DNA of 64,000 bases from Candidatus Woesearchaeota archaeon (GTDB taxonomy: Archaea; Nanobdellota; Nanobdellia; Woesearchaeales; GW2011-AR4). The notes under the pieces are model-generated. The model saw nothing but the letters and a program-made list of their open reading frames with translations, had not been told where the DNA came from and searched no databases. The translations under genes were made by a program, and so were the position numbers. The DNA lies in assembly GCA_016185945.1 (NCBI GenBank), contig JACPMR010000010.1:109923-173922 (forward strand), read 5' to 3'. Below are positions 26,683 to 38,001 of this stretch, piece after piece. Numbering within the stretch: position 1 is the stretch's first letter; the number at the start of each line of letters is the position of its first letter.

Positions 26683-29622
26683 ATGAGAAAAATAATTATT
26701 TGGATTTTTGGGGTGTTTTTGCTGGTTATGCCGCTAGTTAATGCCTTCGTAATAAATGAAAGCTTTGTGAATGAGAGTACGCTCAATAATTTTCTCACAA
26801 CAGGTTATGTAGATTTATTTGATGGAAAATTTCATGCTAACTGGATTTATAATTGGACAAACACTGAAGAGGATGGCAGCATAAGCGATTGGGATGATTC
26901 AGCGACTGGGACACTTGTGACAAGCCCGGTGAAGAAGGGAGTATATTCCATCAGAGCAGACTCTGGCATTTATGACAACTTTGTAAGTGCTGCTGCAACC
27001 GATTTATGCGGAGAATGGTGGTATCAAGATAATGGCGGAAATAATGAGATGCATGGATTTAGGGACAGCGGTTCTACAGCCCACAGGATAGGAAGATGCA
27101 GCGTTGGGGCATGCGGAACTTCTGACAGCTTCTGGACTTATCAAGATTCAGCTTCATTGCAAACTTCAAACATACCAATGGATACAGCATCAGGCAAATG
27201 GGCAAAAATAAGAATGTGTGCTGGTGCAGGCGGCGGCTACATTCTTGTCTGGGATAGCACACAAAAAGGAAGACATGTTGCCAACATATCTAACTTGTAT
27301 GCCATAAACAGGTACGATTTGGCAAGTACCGGAGCATGGGGGTTTTATGTGGATGAGCCTAGGGTATTCCGCCCAAGCGCAGGCGCAAGAAACGCAAGCA
27401 CAGGCTCTATGTCATTTGTATCCCTTCCACAGGAATTAGGTTCGCAGGAGACGTCTATAAAAGCAAATTGGAAAACAATTGTTGGCTCTGGAGTGGTGGT
27501 AAAGGTAAGCTTGGATAATGGAACAACCTGGGACACAATATCCGCGAGTGGAGATTCTGTGACTCCTGGCGGAACTTCTGGGCATTTAGTGTACAACATT
27601 TCTGTAACAGACGCAACTACTGAAATTGATTGGGTTTCATTTGAACGCGGAGTTGCTCAGGCTGTTGAACAAAATTGCTGGTCAATGGATAAAACAGACA
27701 TGAAAGATAACGAAATATTGAAGGATTTAAACAATACAAACAATATGACTATAATCAGCTCTCCCTTAAACGAATCGGGGACAGATTGTAAAATAGGGGG
27801 ATGCATACATTTTGACGGCAATTCTGATTATTTAAAAAGTCAGGAAAATGCCGGAATAACAGGTGCAAGTGCAAGAAGCTGGACTGCATGGGTTAAGCAT
27901 GATGCAGCCCCGGCTACAACCCAAGATTTGTTTGTTTACGGAAGCGAAGTTGACTGCGGAGTTAATGGTTTAATAACCTTAAGCAGCAATGTTTTATACC
28001 ATTTCGGATTTGGCCCTTGCGATATTACTTTCACAGGTTATAAAGCACCGGAAGAATGGACATTTTTTGCTGTTGTTTATGATGGTAATACTCTAACTTT
28101 ATTTATCAACGGGACTAATACAAGTTCCGGAGTTGTACCACTTAATTCTGTGAATAATAAAATAAGCGTAGGTCTTAGGCAGATAGGGGGAAGTCCTACA
28201 ACTTATTTTGATGGCAGAATAGATGAATTAAAATTTTGGGACGGGGCTTTAACTTCTGCTCAAATAACATCTGAGTATAATTCTGGAAGCGGTATAAGTT
28301 GTAGTGGAACAACTGCTCCACCCCCAAGCACACCATCATCAAAATTTCCCTACTCCAGCCCGTTAGGCAGAAGTGGAAATGAGACTTTCGACAGCAATGC
28401 TGTTATGTCTGTCAACTGGTCAACAGCTTCAACTTCAAATGGAGTTGCATCTATCACCAATGGCTTGAGTTCAGCAACACACAAATATCATTATCAGGTT
28501 GCAGAAGCGACTGGTGCTACATTGCATTACCCAGTTTCACAATTCTTTAAATTCAGAGTAAGAAATTCAACTGCAAATTGTAACTTAATAGGATGGATGT
28601 CAACCAATGATACAACAGGAGGAGGTATAAGTTGGTATGAAAGCGGAGGAAATTTTATATTGTATGATGATGAACGAGGTAACTTCGATATTATTGATGG
28701 GTTAAAGGCAGACAGCACTTGGCAAGATGTGGCAGTTAAAGCAGGACTCGATGGCAGAATAAATGTTTCTATAAATGGTACAAAAGTCGCTTCAGTTGAA
28801 TGGAGAGCAGATGGAGCGCCAAACGCACCACCATTGTTTTTTGCATTAAGAAGATTTAAAGGTGCAGACACTTCTTGTGGTTATGAGCTTGATAATCTGG
28901 TTTTTGTAAATGGGACTAATTATCCTGCTGACCAACAACTACCTCCACCACCTCTTGACACAACACCGCCAGGAATAACATCATATAACATGACTTCGTC
29001 TGGAGGGTGCACTAATTGGAACATTGACAAGAATAATCCTTGTACAACCAGCAATACTTTGCCAATTGTAAGCTTTGCAACAAATGAAAGCGCTTTCTGC
29101 AGGATAGGGGTTACTAATGTAAATTACACAAGCATGGGGGTTACTAGAAATTGTTTAGGTGGGGAAGGAACAATACAGCACGCATGTACTTTAACCCAGC
29201 AAGACCAGTTGACACAGCAGAGCTCTTTCATTTACTTAAGCTGCAAAAATGCAAATAACAATGAAAACCCAGCAAGCACTTCTGGAGCATTGGCATTGAC
29301 TATAACGGGATTAGTAGCGGATGAGCCACAAGGCGTCGCTGCAATAGAAACAGGCATCAGCAATGCTCTTGTTTCTGGCTACACAGTTCACTCAAATCAG
29401 AAGATATATGTAAGAAGGCTGGATGGAACCCAAAGTTATGGCACATTTGACAGAGTGGCAAAATGGAATGGAAAGATATGGGCATTTAATTATATTACGG
29501 GATTGGATAATCTGATGGGCATGCTGAATATGACGCCTGTGCTGCATGTGCTTGAGCTTGCAAACTTGAGCACAGCAACTATTACATCTAATGTTCAAGC
29601 AACTATAACTTCAACCAAATGA
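26683..29622 (+). CDS. Secreted LamG/concanavalin-like domain protein
   Basis: Signal peptide; FDGNSDYL, WTAWVK, WTFFAVVYDG, FDGRIDELKFWD; Pro linkers. Confidence 0.85.
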   Translation: MRKIIIWIFGVFLLVMPLVNAFVINESFVNESTLNNFLTTGYVDLFDGKFHANWIYNWTNTEEDGSISDWDDSATGTLVTSPVKKGVYSIRADSGIYDNFVSAAATDLCGEWWYQDNGGNNEMHGFRDSGSTAHRIGRCSVGACGTSDSFWTYQDSASLQTSNIPMDTASGKWAKIRMCAGAGGGYILVWDSTQKGRHVANISNLYAINRYDLASTGAWGFYVDEPRVFRPSAGARNASTGSMSFVSLPQELGSQETSIKANWKTIVGSGVVVKVSLDNGTTWDTISASGDSVTPGGTSGHLVYNISVTDATTEIDWVSFERGVAQAVEQNCWSMDKTDMKDNEILKDLNNTNNMTIISSPLNESGTDCKIGGCIHFDGNSDYLKSQENAGITGASARSWTAWVKHDAAPATTQDLFVYGSEVDCGVNGLITLSSNVLYHFGFGPCDITFTGYKAPEEWTFFAVVYDGNTLTLFINGTNTSSGVVPLNSVNNKISVGLRQIGGSPTTYFDGRIDELKFWDGALTSAQITSEYNSGSGISCSGTTAPPPSTPSSKFPYSSPLGRSGNETFDSNAVMSVNWSTASTSNGVASITNGLSSATHKYHYQVAEATGATLHYPVSQFFKFRVRNSTANCNLIGWMSTNDTTGGGISWYESGGNFILYDDERGNFDIIDGLKADSTWQDVAVKAGLDGRINVSINGTKVASVEWRADGAPNAPPLFFALRRFKGADTSCGYELDNLVFVNGTNYPADQQLPPPPLDTTPPGITSYNMTSSGGCTNWNIDKNNPCTTSNTLPIVSFATNESAFCRIGVTNVNYTSMGVTRNCLGGEGTIQHACTLTQQDQLTQQSSFIYLSCKNANNNENPASTSGALALTITGLVADEPQGVAAIETGISNALVSGYTVHSNQKIYVRRLDGTQSYGTFDRVAKWNGKIWAFNYITGLDNLMGMLNMTPVLHVLELANLSTATITSNVQATITSTK

Positions 29623-32600
29623 GGCAACAAGAGTTTATGGCAAAGAAGGGTGTGCTGATGAAAAATCAGAAAAAATGGCAGGCAGCAAGCTTAGTTGCCC
29701 TTTTGATTATTCTAGTTTCTATGATTCCTTTGTCTCTGGCAGCTGAAAACCAGCAGACTAATAGAATAGAGAAACTCTCTAAAGCCCAGCTTAGTAAACT
29801 GGACGAGCAGGTCAAGGAAAGGCTTAATTCTTCCGACGCCACCATAAAAGTCCTGCTAAAGAAAAAGAAAGCAAAAAAGGTTTTTGGAATTTCAGTTCTG
29901 GAGAATGCCAACAGGAAGGCTGTCTTCAATGCCTTATCCGATTCAGAAGGCAAAGTTTACAGGGAAACAAAAAATTATGTTGTTGCAGAAGTTCCTGCTG
30001 ACAAATTAGCTGATTTGGTTTTGAGCAATTCTGTGGAAATGATGTATGCTGAGCAAAATTACAACTTACTTCTTGAGCAAAGCGTTCCTGCTGTCAATGC
30101 TCCTGCTGCATGGAATATTGGATATACAGGAGCCGGAGTTAAAGTTGCCGTGCTGGATACCGGAATAGACTATGGGAATAGCGCTTTTCAAAATCGAGTT
30201 GTTTTGTCCCAGGCATTTACAGGAGAAAATCACACTATTGACCTGCATGGGCATGGCACTCATGTTGCCGGCATCATAGGAGGCAATGGCACATTGAAAG
30301 GAGTTGCTCCTGACGCATTGCTATTAAATGCAAAGGTACTGAATGACTATGGCAGCGGAACTTCATCATCAATAATTGCAGGCATTGAATGGGCTGTGCA
30401 AAACGGGGCAAGAGTGATTTCCATAAGCTTTGGAAAATCTGACAGCTCCCAGGACATTCCATTATTTGAATCGTTGCAATATGCGATTGACAATGGAGCA
30501 GTTGTTGTTGCAGCATCCGGCAATTGCGGAAGCTGTGGAAGCTGCAATGGGTTTTTTGGAGTTACAACTCCCGGAAATTTCGAGCCTGCCATTACAGTGG
30601 GAGCTGTTGACGACTTGAAGCAAATTGCCTGCTTTTCCTCGGGGCAGGATTTTGGAAGCTACGTCAAGCCCGATGTTGTTGCGCCTGGCGTCAATATAAA
30701 CTCATATTATATTAACAGCCAGCTCAAGGCATTAAGCGGCACTTCAATGTCCACTCCCCATGTTTCAGGAGCAGTGGCTTTGCTATTGCAGAAAAATTCC
30801 AGCCTGAACAATTCCGAAGCAAAAAAGCTGCTTGAAAGTTCTGCTGTTGATTTAGGCGCAGGCGGAAAAGACATTTCTTACGGAAGCGGATTCATTGACA
30901 TAAGCAAGCTTGTTTTGGGCAATGCCGCAAACCAGACATTAGTCGTCAACAACACCAATATCACAAATCCCATAATCCAAAACACAACAAATGGGCTTAT
31001 TGTTGATTTCAGAAAAACTATAGATGTAAACGACACCAATCCAATCAGTCTAAGCAGCGAGCAATACCTTGCCAATATTTCCTTAACAATTGCCAAAGAC
31101 GGCATTCCATCAGTGCAGGAATATTCGGAAATGCATTATTTTGAATACAACTTTACCAAAAGCTCCGAGATTGGCAATTACAATATGAAATTCAATCTCT
31201 GCGGAGACAATTGCACTAGTTTGAATTACAGCTTCGATGTTGTTGACAAAAATGATGGCATCCAGATTGTAAGCATCCAGCCAATAAAGGAAAGCGATAT
31301 TGCATTTATAAAAAGCGTGAGCAACACTTTCAGCATTGATGCTGCCAACGAGTCAGGTGCTTTAGAGTACTCAAGCGCGGAAGCAAGCAACACATGCACA
31401 GGTGCAGGTTTGCTTAACCTAAATACATTGTATTATGCTTACATTCAATCTGCCGGCGATGTAGATTGGTTTTACTTCAACGTGCCCGGCGCAGGCACAG
31501 GGGAGTTTACGACAACACTTGATGTCCCCACAAACAGGGATTATGAGCTGGAGCTTTATGACTCGTGCTCAAACATGATATGCTTCTCATATGGAGGGAC
31601 TGGCACGGATGAAAAATGCATAGCCAACATAAGCAGCAAGAGCAAGATGTATGCAAAAGTCTATGGCTACAATAGTCAATACGACGCGTCCAGCGAATAT
31701 TATATCAAGAGCACTTTTCAGGAAAAGACAGGATATGCAAGGCTCTATGTCAACAACTATGAGCCGTCAGGGTATTATTTATACATATACATTGATGGCT
31801 CTCTTTACGGGAGCATTAGTGTAAGCGGGTACATAAATTATTTGGTGAATCCTGACATTGTGCTGTCAAGCGGAAGCCATTCCATAAGGCTGATAGGGAC
31901 AAACAACTACAACAGCAAAACCTATGACAAGACAATTACACAAACCATTAGCGGCGGGGCTGTCACAACCTTCCAATACAATATAGACTTGAGAGACTGC
32001 ACCTCAGGCAGCTGCTGCGATTCATATGGCTACTTCAAGGGCACTAATTGGATTTGCAACAGCATATACCAAACAAGCTATGGCTGCCCTTGGGGAACTG
32101 ACGCAGGAAGCGATGTTGGGATAAGATACCAAAGGATGTATTGCAGCGGCACAAGCTCGTCCTGCAACGGAAACACTGTATGGGGAGACTGGGCTCTTTA
32201 CGCAAGCTGCAGCTCAAGCCAAAGATGCAATTCCGCGACTTTAAGCTGCGAGAATATAGTTGTATGCGGCGATGGAACATGCAGCAGCAATGAAGTATGC
32301 CCAAAAGACTGCCTGAAAGTCACTTCTTTTACTGCGGCAGTGCCTAGTGAAGTAAGTGAAGGGCAGGAAATCAATGTAGAAGTAAACATAAAAAATATCG
32401 GAACCGTAACGCAGTCAGGAAAAGTGGAAGTTGGCATTATACCAACTGACTTTTTTAACAGGAATATTCTCCAAGCGGATACTTCTTGGCCAGTAACAGG
32501 GTGCTGCGAGCAAAATGAATACTATGACACGAGAGAAGTGGAAAGAGATCCCGGAAGTCAGAAGTATACTGTGTTTACACTGAAAGCTCCCACCACATCG

Positions 32601-35600
32601 TCATTTGATAATTGCGATGCAAACTCGCCAAAAAAATCAGCATGGGGCAGCTCTTTTAAAGTCATAGCAGGCGCTTACGACGCATGCGGAGGTAGCTATT
32701 ATTCAAGCATTGAAAAAACCATCAGCATCAAGAACAGATATGATTACATTGACTTGGTTGATTATAGTTTAGTGCCTCCCAACCCCATAGTCTATAAAGG
32801 AAATTCTCTTAAGTTTAGATATCAAATAAGCAACAGCTGGCATTCTTCGGTAAATGTCGGGCTTGGAGCATCACTGAGAGATTCTAATAGCAAGGGGTAT
32901 AATGATGAGCCAAATGATATAGTCATTTCGGTGTTGCCCGGGACTTATTGGTATGAAAGGACATTTACTACAAACAATAATTACATATTTGGTAATTATG
33001 ATGCTGCTTGGGGCGTACATAAAGTTGACGCTAATAATAAGTTTGCTGGTGAAATTGAATTTTCAAATCCTTTGTGGGCAGATGATTTGGTTAAAGTTGT
33101 CGGTTGCGGTGATGGCGCATGCGGCAGCGGAGAAACATCAACGTCATGTCCTCAGGACTGTTATGCAAACATTCAGATAGGCAGGATAGAAGAAATAAGT
33201 CCAGCAAGTGCTGTGGAAAATCAGCAAGTTACCTTCCAAGCTTCTGTATCTAATACCGGGACTGTTCAGGGAGAGAAGTCAATAGAGGGCGCTGTTGTGC
33301 CTGAAAGCTGGGCAGGAATAATTTATCCAGCTACCGAGTATTCAACATCTTATGTTGAGCCAATAACCAAACCATGTCCTGACAATAAATATTATGATGC
33401 TTTCAATATCACCTTAAATCCAAATGAAGGCGAATTTGTGCAATTTACTGTGATTGCGCCAAACAGAACTTCAGTAGATGCCTGCAATCCAAGCAGGAGC
33501 GCATGGGATCCGAATGGGAGATTCAGAGTTATTGCAGGAACATTCCAAAATGCAGGCGACACATATGAAAGCTTTAAGAATGTTTCTTACACAGTAAATC
33601 AATATGTCTGTTTAGTAGATTCTGAATGTCCAGACGGAGCTTTGATAACCCAATATTGCTTGGGCAATGATATCTATGAGGACTATAATGCCGGAAAATG
33701 CTCAGATAATAAATGCTCCTTTCAGCCAAAATCAAGGCTAGTCAAAAGCTGCGCTTATGGGTGCACTTCCGGAACCTGCAATCCCCCTCCTTGCAACTTC
33801 AAAGACGGCTCTTCAATGGACTGCGAATGCGACTCTGATGTGGAGTGCCCTTCGGGACATTATTGCAACCAGGTTTCAGGGCCTGATGCTTGTGAGAAAA
33901 TAATTTATCAAAATCAATGCTCAAATTTCAATGATTATTTCTGCGAAGATGGGGCTGTGAAGAAATGCGTCAATAACGGAAAGTTTTGGGAAAAGCAGAA
34001 AATCGATGGTTGTACTGGCAAATTTCAATATTGTGATCCATCGGTTGTTGATGGAACTGGGAACTGCTCTGAGTATCCTAAGAATTTTGATGTATGGCTT
34101 GATTATGCAGACACTGGAATGGTTGTGAACAAACAGCCAGGGGACAAATTAAAGATTAATGTTTACTCTGAATCTTCATATACATTGAATGTTATTTATG
34201 ATTCAAGCATCTTTGCAGGCAATTGCAGAACAATGTCTGTGCATTCAGGCGAAAATACTTGTAGTTTGACTGTGCTGGACACTGCTGAAGAACAAACAAT
34301 TTTCATTAAGGTTGAGAACAAGCCAAAGCAAGTCAATATAATAAACAAGCCAGAGCTTCTCATAATAACAGATTCTGAAAAACTTACTCAGCAATTCCAG
34401 TTTGAATCGAATGGAGTAAAAGCAGTTTTAAAGCAGGCATATGCAAATGCCCGAGATAAAGGAGTTGTTTATGACTTAAGCTGGTACAAGAACGAATTGG
34501 GAACTTCAAGTCCATTTAGTTCTTTTGTTGCTTACAACGAGAAAATAACAAAGCCATCAATGACAGATAATTCCTATAGCACAGCAGTCTCTACATTCAT
34601 TAAAGACAAATGCACTGATTGCAAAGACGTGATGATTGTTGGGGATGATTATGTGGTGCCGGGGTATAGGGCAGAGACTGTAAATTACGACTCAGACTGG
34701 TATTATTTATGGCTAAATAAACGTATAGAAACTTCACCTATTTACACTGACTCACCTTATATCATCAAGAAAAAAACATTTGGAGAAATAAATTCCCTCT
34801 TTGTTGAAAATGGAAAAAAGAAAAATGTAGCTTTAGTTTATTCGAATAATGCAGATGCAGAAGTTATAAATGAGATAAGTAATTTAAAAAACTTAATCAA
34901 AACAAAATATTCAATTGACAGTGAAATAATTGATTCTTCTGCGGTTGCATGTAATTCCTTCAACAAGCTTAAAGACAAAACTTTGATTATCATAGGAAGA
35001 AAAAACTCAAATAATCTTTTGCCTTGCTATTCTATGTTTGAATCTGACTTTAACAACTCAGTTTCTATAGAAAGAAATTTATGGTCTAATAAAAAAGATT
35101 CCTCTGTCATTATAGATGAAAAGAAAAGAGCCATATTAACATTTGAAGAATTTATTAAAGATAATCAAGAGTTAGTTAAATTCAAGGAAAAATCTAAAGT
35201 TTATGCATATGCAAATGATTTCCTGGATATTTTTAAAAATTTTGAGGTAACATTAGATGATGGAACAAAAATAACTATAGAGCAAGGATTCAGAGGCTAT
35301 ATTATGGGCCAATGCGAATATATTCCTGGCTTAGTAAACAGCCTCAAATGTTCTGCTTTTGACATGACTGTTTCCTCAATTCCCGGCGTTGGGATTGTTA
35401 CTGATGCGAGAGATGCGGCTTTAATCTGTCCAGAATTTGTTGCTGAAGGAGGTACTTTAAATGGCATTGTCTGCGGTGCATCTACAGGAGGCGCAATTAC
35501 TTCTGCGACAACTATTATTTTTGGAGCTACAGTTGTTGGAGGAGTTGCTTCAGAAGGGGCTGATATTGCACTTTCAACTATTAAGGTTGTTGCTAAAACC

Positions 35601-36329
35601 ATTGCAAGGGTGGACAAGAGAATCTTTGAGGTATTTAAGTTTGGGAATAAGATTGATTCGATGAAATCTTTCTTTAAGATAAACGACTGGAAAGAGGTTT
35701 CAAAAATTAAGTCTATTTTGAAGAATATGCTTGAAAATGCAAGACAGATAAGAGTTTTAATTGATACTAAAATTGATGTGATTGGAAAGCACATAAAGAG
35801 TTTTGATAATTTGGTAAAAACTTCTAAGACTTATGATAAAGTATCTAATTTCCTGAAAAACAATTTAAGAAATAGTGATAGCGTTAAAAAAGCATTAGAT
35901 GAAGGAAAAATCAGTCCTGATGACTTAGAATATTTTGATGAGATGCTGGCTAACAAGAATTTGAAAGTTAGTAACTTTGGTAAAGGTGCAACTGAACAAG
36001 GCGGTGTAAAGTACCCTGTTACACTTGAGAATTTTGGAAAACCTCATGATGAGGCATATGTATTTGTTAGAAGTAATTATCCCAATCCTCAGAAATTCAG
36101 CCATCAACTTCAAGTAAAAAATGGGGAGAAAGTTTATAATTTCAGGTTGGATAGTGATCCTAAACCCCATTCAAATATTGAAATCAGAAAAAAAGAAGAG
36201 CTGGATGCAATAGTTAATGAACATTTAGACCTTGATTTAGATATTAAAAATCAAAACGATATGGACGATGCTCTTGAGAATTTCTTTACACTCATTAAAT
36301 CAACTGTTAGTAGGGGTGAACTGCCATGA
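29619..36329 (+). CDS. Giant secreted S8 subtilase with PPC/CARDB/Cys-rich repeats, N-half of a C25-like domain, pre-toxin-like segment and candidate toxin tip
   Basis: LDTG/HGTHVAG/SGTSMSTPH triad; GDVDWF PPC-like; CGDGxC repeats; LLIITD..MIVGDDYVVP..YTDSPY; SIPGVGIVTDARD; basic divergent C-terminus. The subtilase call is firm, the toxin call is inferred. Confidence 0.8.
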   Translation: MRQQEFMAKKGVLMKNQKKWQAASLVALLIILVSMIPLSLAAENQQTNRIEKLSKAQLSKLDEQVKERLNSSDATIKVLLKKKKAKKVFGISVLENANRKAVFNALSDSEGKVYRETKNYVVAEVPADKLADLVLSNSVEMMYAEQNYNLLLEQSVPAVNAPAAWNIGYTGAGVKVAVLDTGIDYGNSAFQNRVVLSQAFTGENHTIDLHGHGTHVAGIIGGNGTLKGVAPDALLLNAKVLNDYGSGTSSSIIAGIEWAVQNGARVISISFGKSDSSQDIPLFESLQYAIDNGAVVVAASGNCGSCGSCNGFFGVTTPGNFEPAITVGAVDDLKQIACFSSGQDFGSYVKPDVVAPGVNINSYYINSQLKALSGTSMSTPHVSGAVALLLQKNSSLNNSEAKKLLESSAVDLGAGGKDISYGSGFIDISKLVLGNAANQTLVVNNTNITNPIIQNTTNGLIVDFRKTIDVNDTNPISLSSEQYLANISLTIAKDGIPSVQEYSEMHYFEYNFTKSSEIGNYNMKFNLCGDNCTSLNYSFDVVDKNDGIQIVSIQPIKESDIAFIKSVSNTFSIDAANESGALEYSSAEASNTCTGAGLLNLNTLYYAYIQSAGDVDWFYFNVPGAGTGEFTTTLDVPTNRDYELELYDSCSNMICFSYGGTGTDEKCIANISSKSKMYAKVYGYNSQYDASSEYYIKSTFQEKTGYARLYVNNYEPSGYYLYIYIDGSLYGSISVSGYINYLVNPDIVLSSGSHSIRLIGTNNYNSKTYDKTITQTISGGAVTTFQYNIDLRDCTSGSCCDSYGYFKGTNWICNSIYQTSYGCPWGTDAGSDVGIRYQRMYCSGTSSSCNGNTVWGDWALYASCSSSQRCNSATLSCENIVVCGDGTCSSNEVCPKDCLKVTSFTAAVPSEVSEGQEINVEVNIKNIGTVTQSGKVEVGIIPTDFFNRNILQADTSWPVTGCCEQNEYYDTREVERDPGSQKYTVFTLKAPTTSSFDNCDANSPKKSAWGSSFKVIAGAYDACGGSYYSSIEKTISIKNRYDYIDLVDYSLVPPNPIVYKGNSLKFRYQISNSWHSSVNVGLGASLRDSNSKGYNDEPNDIVISVLPGTYWYERTFTTNNNYIFGNYDAAWGVHKVDANNKFAGEIEFSNPLWADDLVKVVGCGDGACGSGETSTSCPQDCYANIQIGRIEEISPASAVENQQVTFQASVSNTGTVQGEKSIEGAVVPESWAGIIYPATEYSTSYVEPITKPCPDNKYYDAFNITLNPNEGEFVQFTVIAPNRTSVDACNPSRSAWDPNGRFRVIAGTFQNAGDTYESFKNVSYTVNQYVCLVDSECPDGALITQYCLGNDIYEDYNAGKCSDNKCSFQPKSRLVKSCAYGCTSGTCNPPPCNFKDGSSMDCECDSDVECPSGHYCNQVSGPDACEKIIYQNQCSNFNDYFCEDGAVKKCVNNGKFWEKQKIDGCTGKFQYCDPSVVDGTGNCSEYPKNFDVWLDYADTGMVVNKQPGDKLKINVYSESSYTLNVIYDSSIFAGNCRTMSVHSGENTCSLTVLDTAEEQTIFIKVENKPKQVNIINKPELLIITDSEKLTQQFQFESNGVKAVLKQAYANARDKGVVYDLSWYKNELGTSSPFSSFVAYNEKITKPSMTDNSYSTAVSTFIKDKCTDCKDVMIVGDDYVVPGYRAETVNYDSDWYYLWLNKRIETSPIYTDSPYIIKKKTFGEINSLFVENGKKKNVALVYSNNADAEVINEISNLKNLIKTKYSIDSEIIDSSAVACNSFNKLKDKTLIIIGRKNSNNLLPCYSMFESDFNNSVSIERNLWSNKKDSSVIIDEKKRAILTFEEFIKDNQELVKFKEKSKVYAYANDFLDIFKNFEVTLDDGTKITIEQGFRGYIMGQCEYIPGLVNSLKCSAFDMTVSSIPGVGIVTDARDAALICPEFVAEGGTLNGIVCGASTGGAITSATTIIFGATVVGGVASEGADIALSTIKVVAKTIARVDKRIFEVFKFGNKIDSMKSFFKINDWKEVSKIKSILKNMLENARQIRVLIDTKIDVIGKHIKSFDNLVKTSKTYDKVSNFLKNNLRNSDSVKKALDEGKISPDDLEYFDEMLANKNLKVSNFGKGATEQGGVKYPVTLENFGKPHDEAYVFVRSNYPNPQKFSHQLQVKNGEKVYNFRLDSDPKPHSNIEIRKKEELDAIVNEHLDLDLDIKNQNDMDDALENFFTLIKSTVSRGELP

Positions 36330-36949
36330 GAAAATTTATTGTAAATAATAAGGGATTTATAGAATTGACATTAGACCCTGAAAGGAAAAAAGACCAGTAT
36401 TCGCGTATGCAGGATTTGAAGAAATTATTTGAACTATTTTCCAAATACTTAAATGTAAGATATATTTGTATACTTAGTGGATCATCCCCTATTTCAGAAT
36501 TTTTTTCTGTTCATGACTTTAGAAATTCTTTACAACTCATGAAAGGAGTCTATGATTATATTAACAACCATGCTATTGAATGCAAAGGTACCAAAAAATT
36601 AATTGGGGATGAATTCCATAATAGTTATGCTTACAGCGAGTATATTCTAAAAATTGATGAATTTTTTAAATTAATTGACAATTATGTTAAACTCAGGGAG
36701 AAATATGAACCAAAATATAACGCAAGGAATTGGATTATTACAGAAACAACTTTTGAGTTACTTGATAATAATAATGGGACTATGTTGGCATTCCATAATT
36801 ATGATAGCGGCCCTTTTATCATTAGCAACAGATTAGATGATATGTCCAATCCTGTAACCCCTGATTCTGATTTTGTTAATAAAATCTTGCCTATATTAAA
36901 AGAATGGGAGAAAGAAATAGAACAAGAAGAAAAAAATGCAAGGAAATAA
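36326..36949 (+). CDS. Candidate immunity protein
   Basis: No signal peptide; ATGA overlap and SD GGTGA inside the end of the toxin gene; AT-rich like the toxin tip. Confidence 0.6.
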   Translation: MRKFIVNNKGFIELTLDPERKKDQYSRMQDLKKLFELFSKYLNVRYICILSGSSPISEFFSVHDFRNSLQLMKGVYDYINNHAIECKGTKKLIGDEFHNSYAYSEYILKIDEFFKLIDNYVKLREKYEPKYNARNWIITETTFELLDNNNGTMLAFHNYDSGPFIISNRLDDMSNPVTPDSDFVNKILPILKEWEKEIEQEEKNARK

Positions 36950-37106
36950 ACTGTTAATCAGCATTATTGTATTGTTAGTTTTGCCCAGCTTAGCCTACGC
37001 ACAAACCCATTTAGAAGAAACCTCCTCCGTCTCAAGAATTGTCGGCGAATCTCCGACAGAGATGCTGAGGCAGATGCAGAGAAACGGGATAGAAGGTGAA
37101 AAATGA
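36936..37106 (+). pseudogene. Truncated paralog of the 38002 gene (signal peptide plus 24 conserved residues)
   Basis: MQGNKLLISIIVLLVLPSLAYAQTHLEETSSVSRIVGESPTEMLRQMQRNGIEGEK*. Confidence 0.8.
37014..37084 (+). repeat. 71-bp direct repeat, second copy at 38080-38150
   Basis: 66/71 identical by manual comparison; all 5 differences are at synonymous third positions. Confidence 0.9.
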
Positions 37107-37257
37107 CCTTTGAATCTGATTCGGACATTGAATGTGCGGCTTGCGGAAATAACTTTTACAGAGGCAGTATTATTGGGCAGTGCATAAATGATGGATTGTT
37201 TATTGCAGGAAAAAATAATGACGGAGATATTAACGAATCAGTTAAAGCAGAACAAAA

Positions 37258-37668
37258 TCACAGCCCAACCTCTTTCAACAGCTCCGAAGTAGAATATACT
37301 TTTACTTTTGATTGCCGCTTTAAATGCGGATCATTTGACCAGATTGATAGTTTAAGTTTCAATGCTAGAGCAAGGAAGTCTGTATCATCAGGATGCATTG
37401 GTATTAATGAAAGAGACTCTGGCAAAAATTGCTTGTACTCATCTAAAGGAATAAACTCGACAAATATTGCAAGGTCTCTCCTTAACTCCTTGAACTTTTC
37501 TAGTGATATGCCCGTTTTTTCTATAATTTCATCTGAGTATTTGTTGATTTCCTCCAGTGCAAATTCGGGAGCAAAAAATTCCAAATCTTGGTCTACTAGC
37601 AAGCCTTTGGTAAATGAATTTTTCCAGAAAAATGTAAACAGAATATTAGTGTCTACTACAAATTTCAT
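37258..37668 (-). CDS. PIN-domain toxin (PIN_2-like)
   Basis: FVVDTNIL, HPDDTDFLALA, IWSND. Confidence 0.9.
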   Translation of the reverse strand: MKFVVDTNILFTFFWKNSFTKGLLVDQDLEFFAPEFALEEINKYSDEIIEKTGISLEKFKELRRDLAIFVEFIPLDEYKQFLPESLSLIPMHPDDTDFLALALKLKLSIWSNDPHLKRQSKVKVYSTSELLKEVGL

Positions 37669-37866
37669 TTATACTAAACCCTTCTTTTTTAACTCATTAA
37701 ACCTGCCTCTTCTAGAGGCTCTTTGCAATTTTACAGACCAGTCGGTCATTTCTTTTTCTTCTTCTAATTGCTTTACTAGCCTTTTGACTAAGATGGACAT
37801 GTCTACTCCAGATTCTTTTATTTCTTTATTTAGCTCATCAGGAATTTCAACCTTTAACTCTGCCAT
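37669..37866 (-). CDS. Antitoxin partner (RHH/VapB-like)
   Basis: MAELKVEIPDEL; directly upstream of the PIN gene; SD GGTGA. Confidence 0.8.
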   Translation of the reverse strand: MAELKVEIPDELNKEIKESGVDMSILVKRLVKQLEEEKEMTDWSVKLQRASRRGRFNELKKKGLV

Positions 37867-38001
37867 TTTGCACTCACCGGATAAATACTATGAAGTTGTA
37901 TATTTAAATGTTGCGGAAGTCGTTGACTCTCAAAAATATGATAATGCTCTATTAAAAGTATTGGACGAAGTTAAAAAATTGAAGGGGTATTTAGGCGAGA
38001 A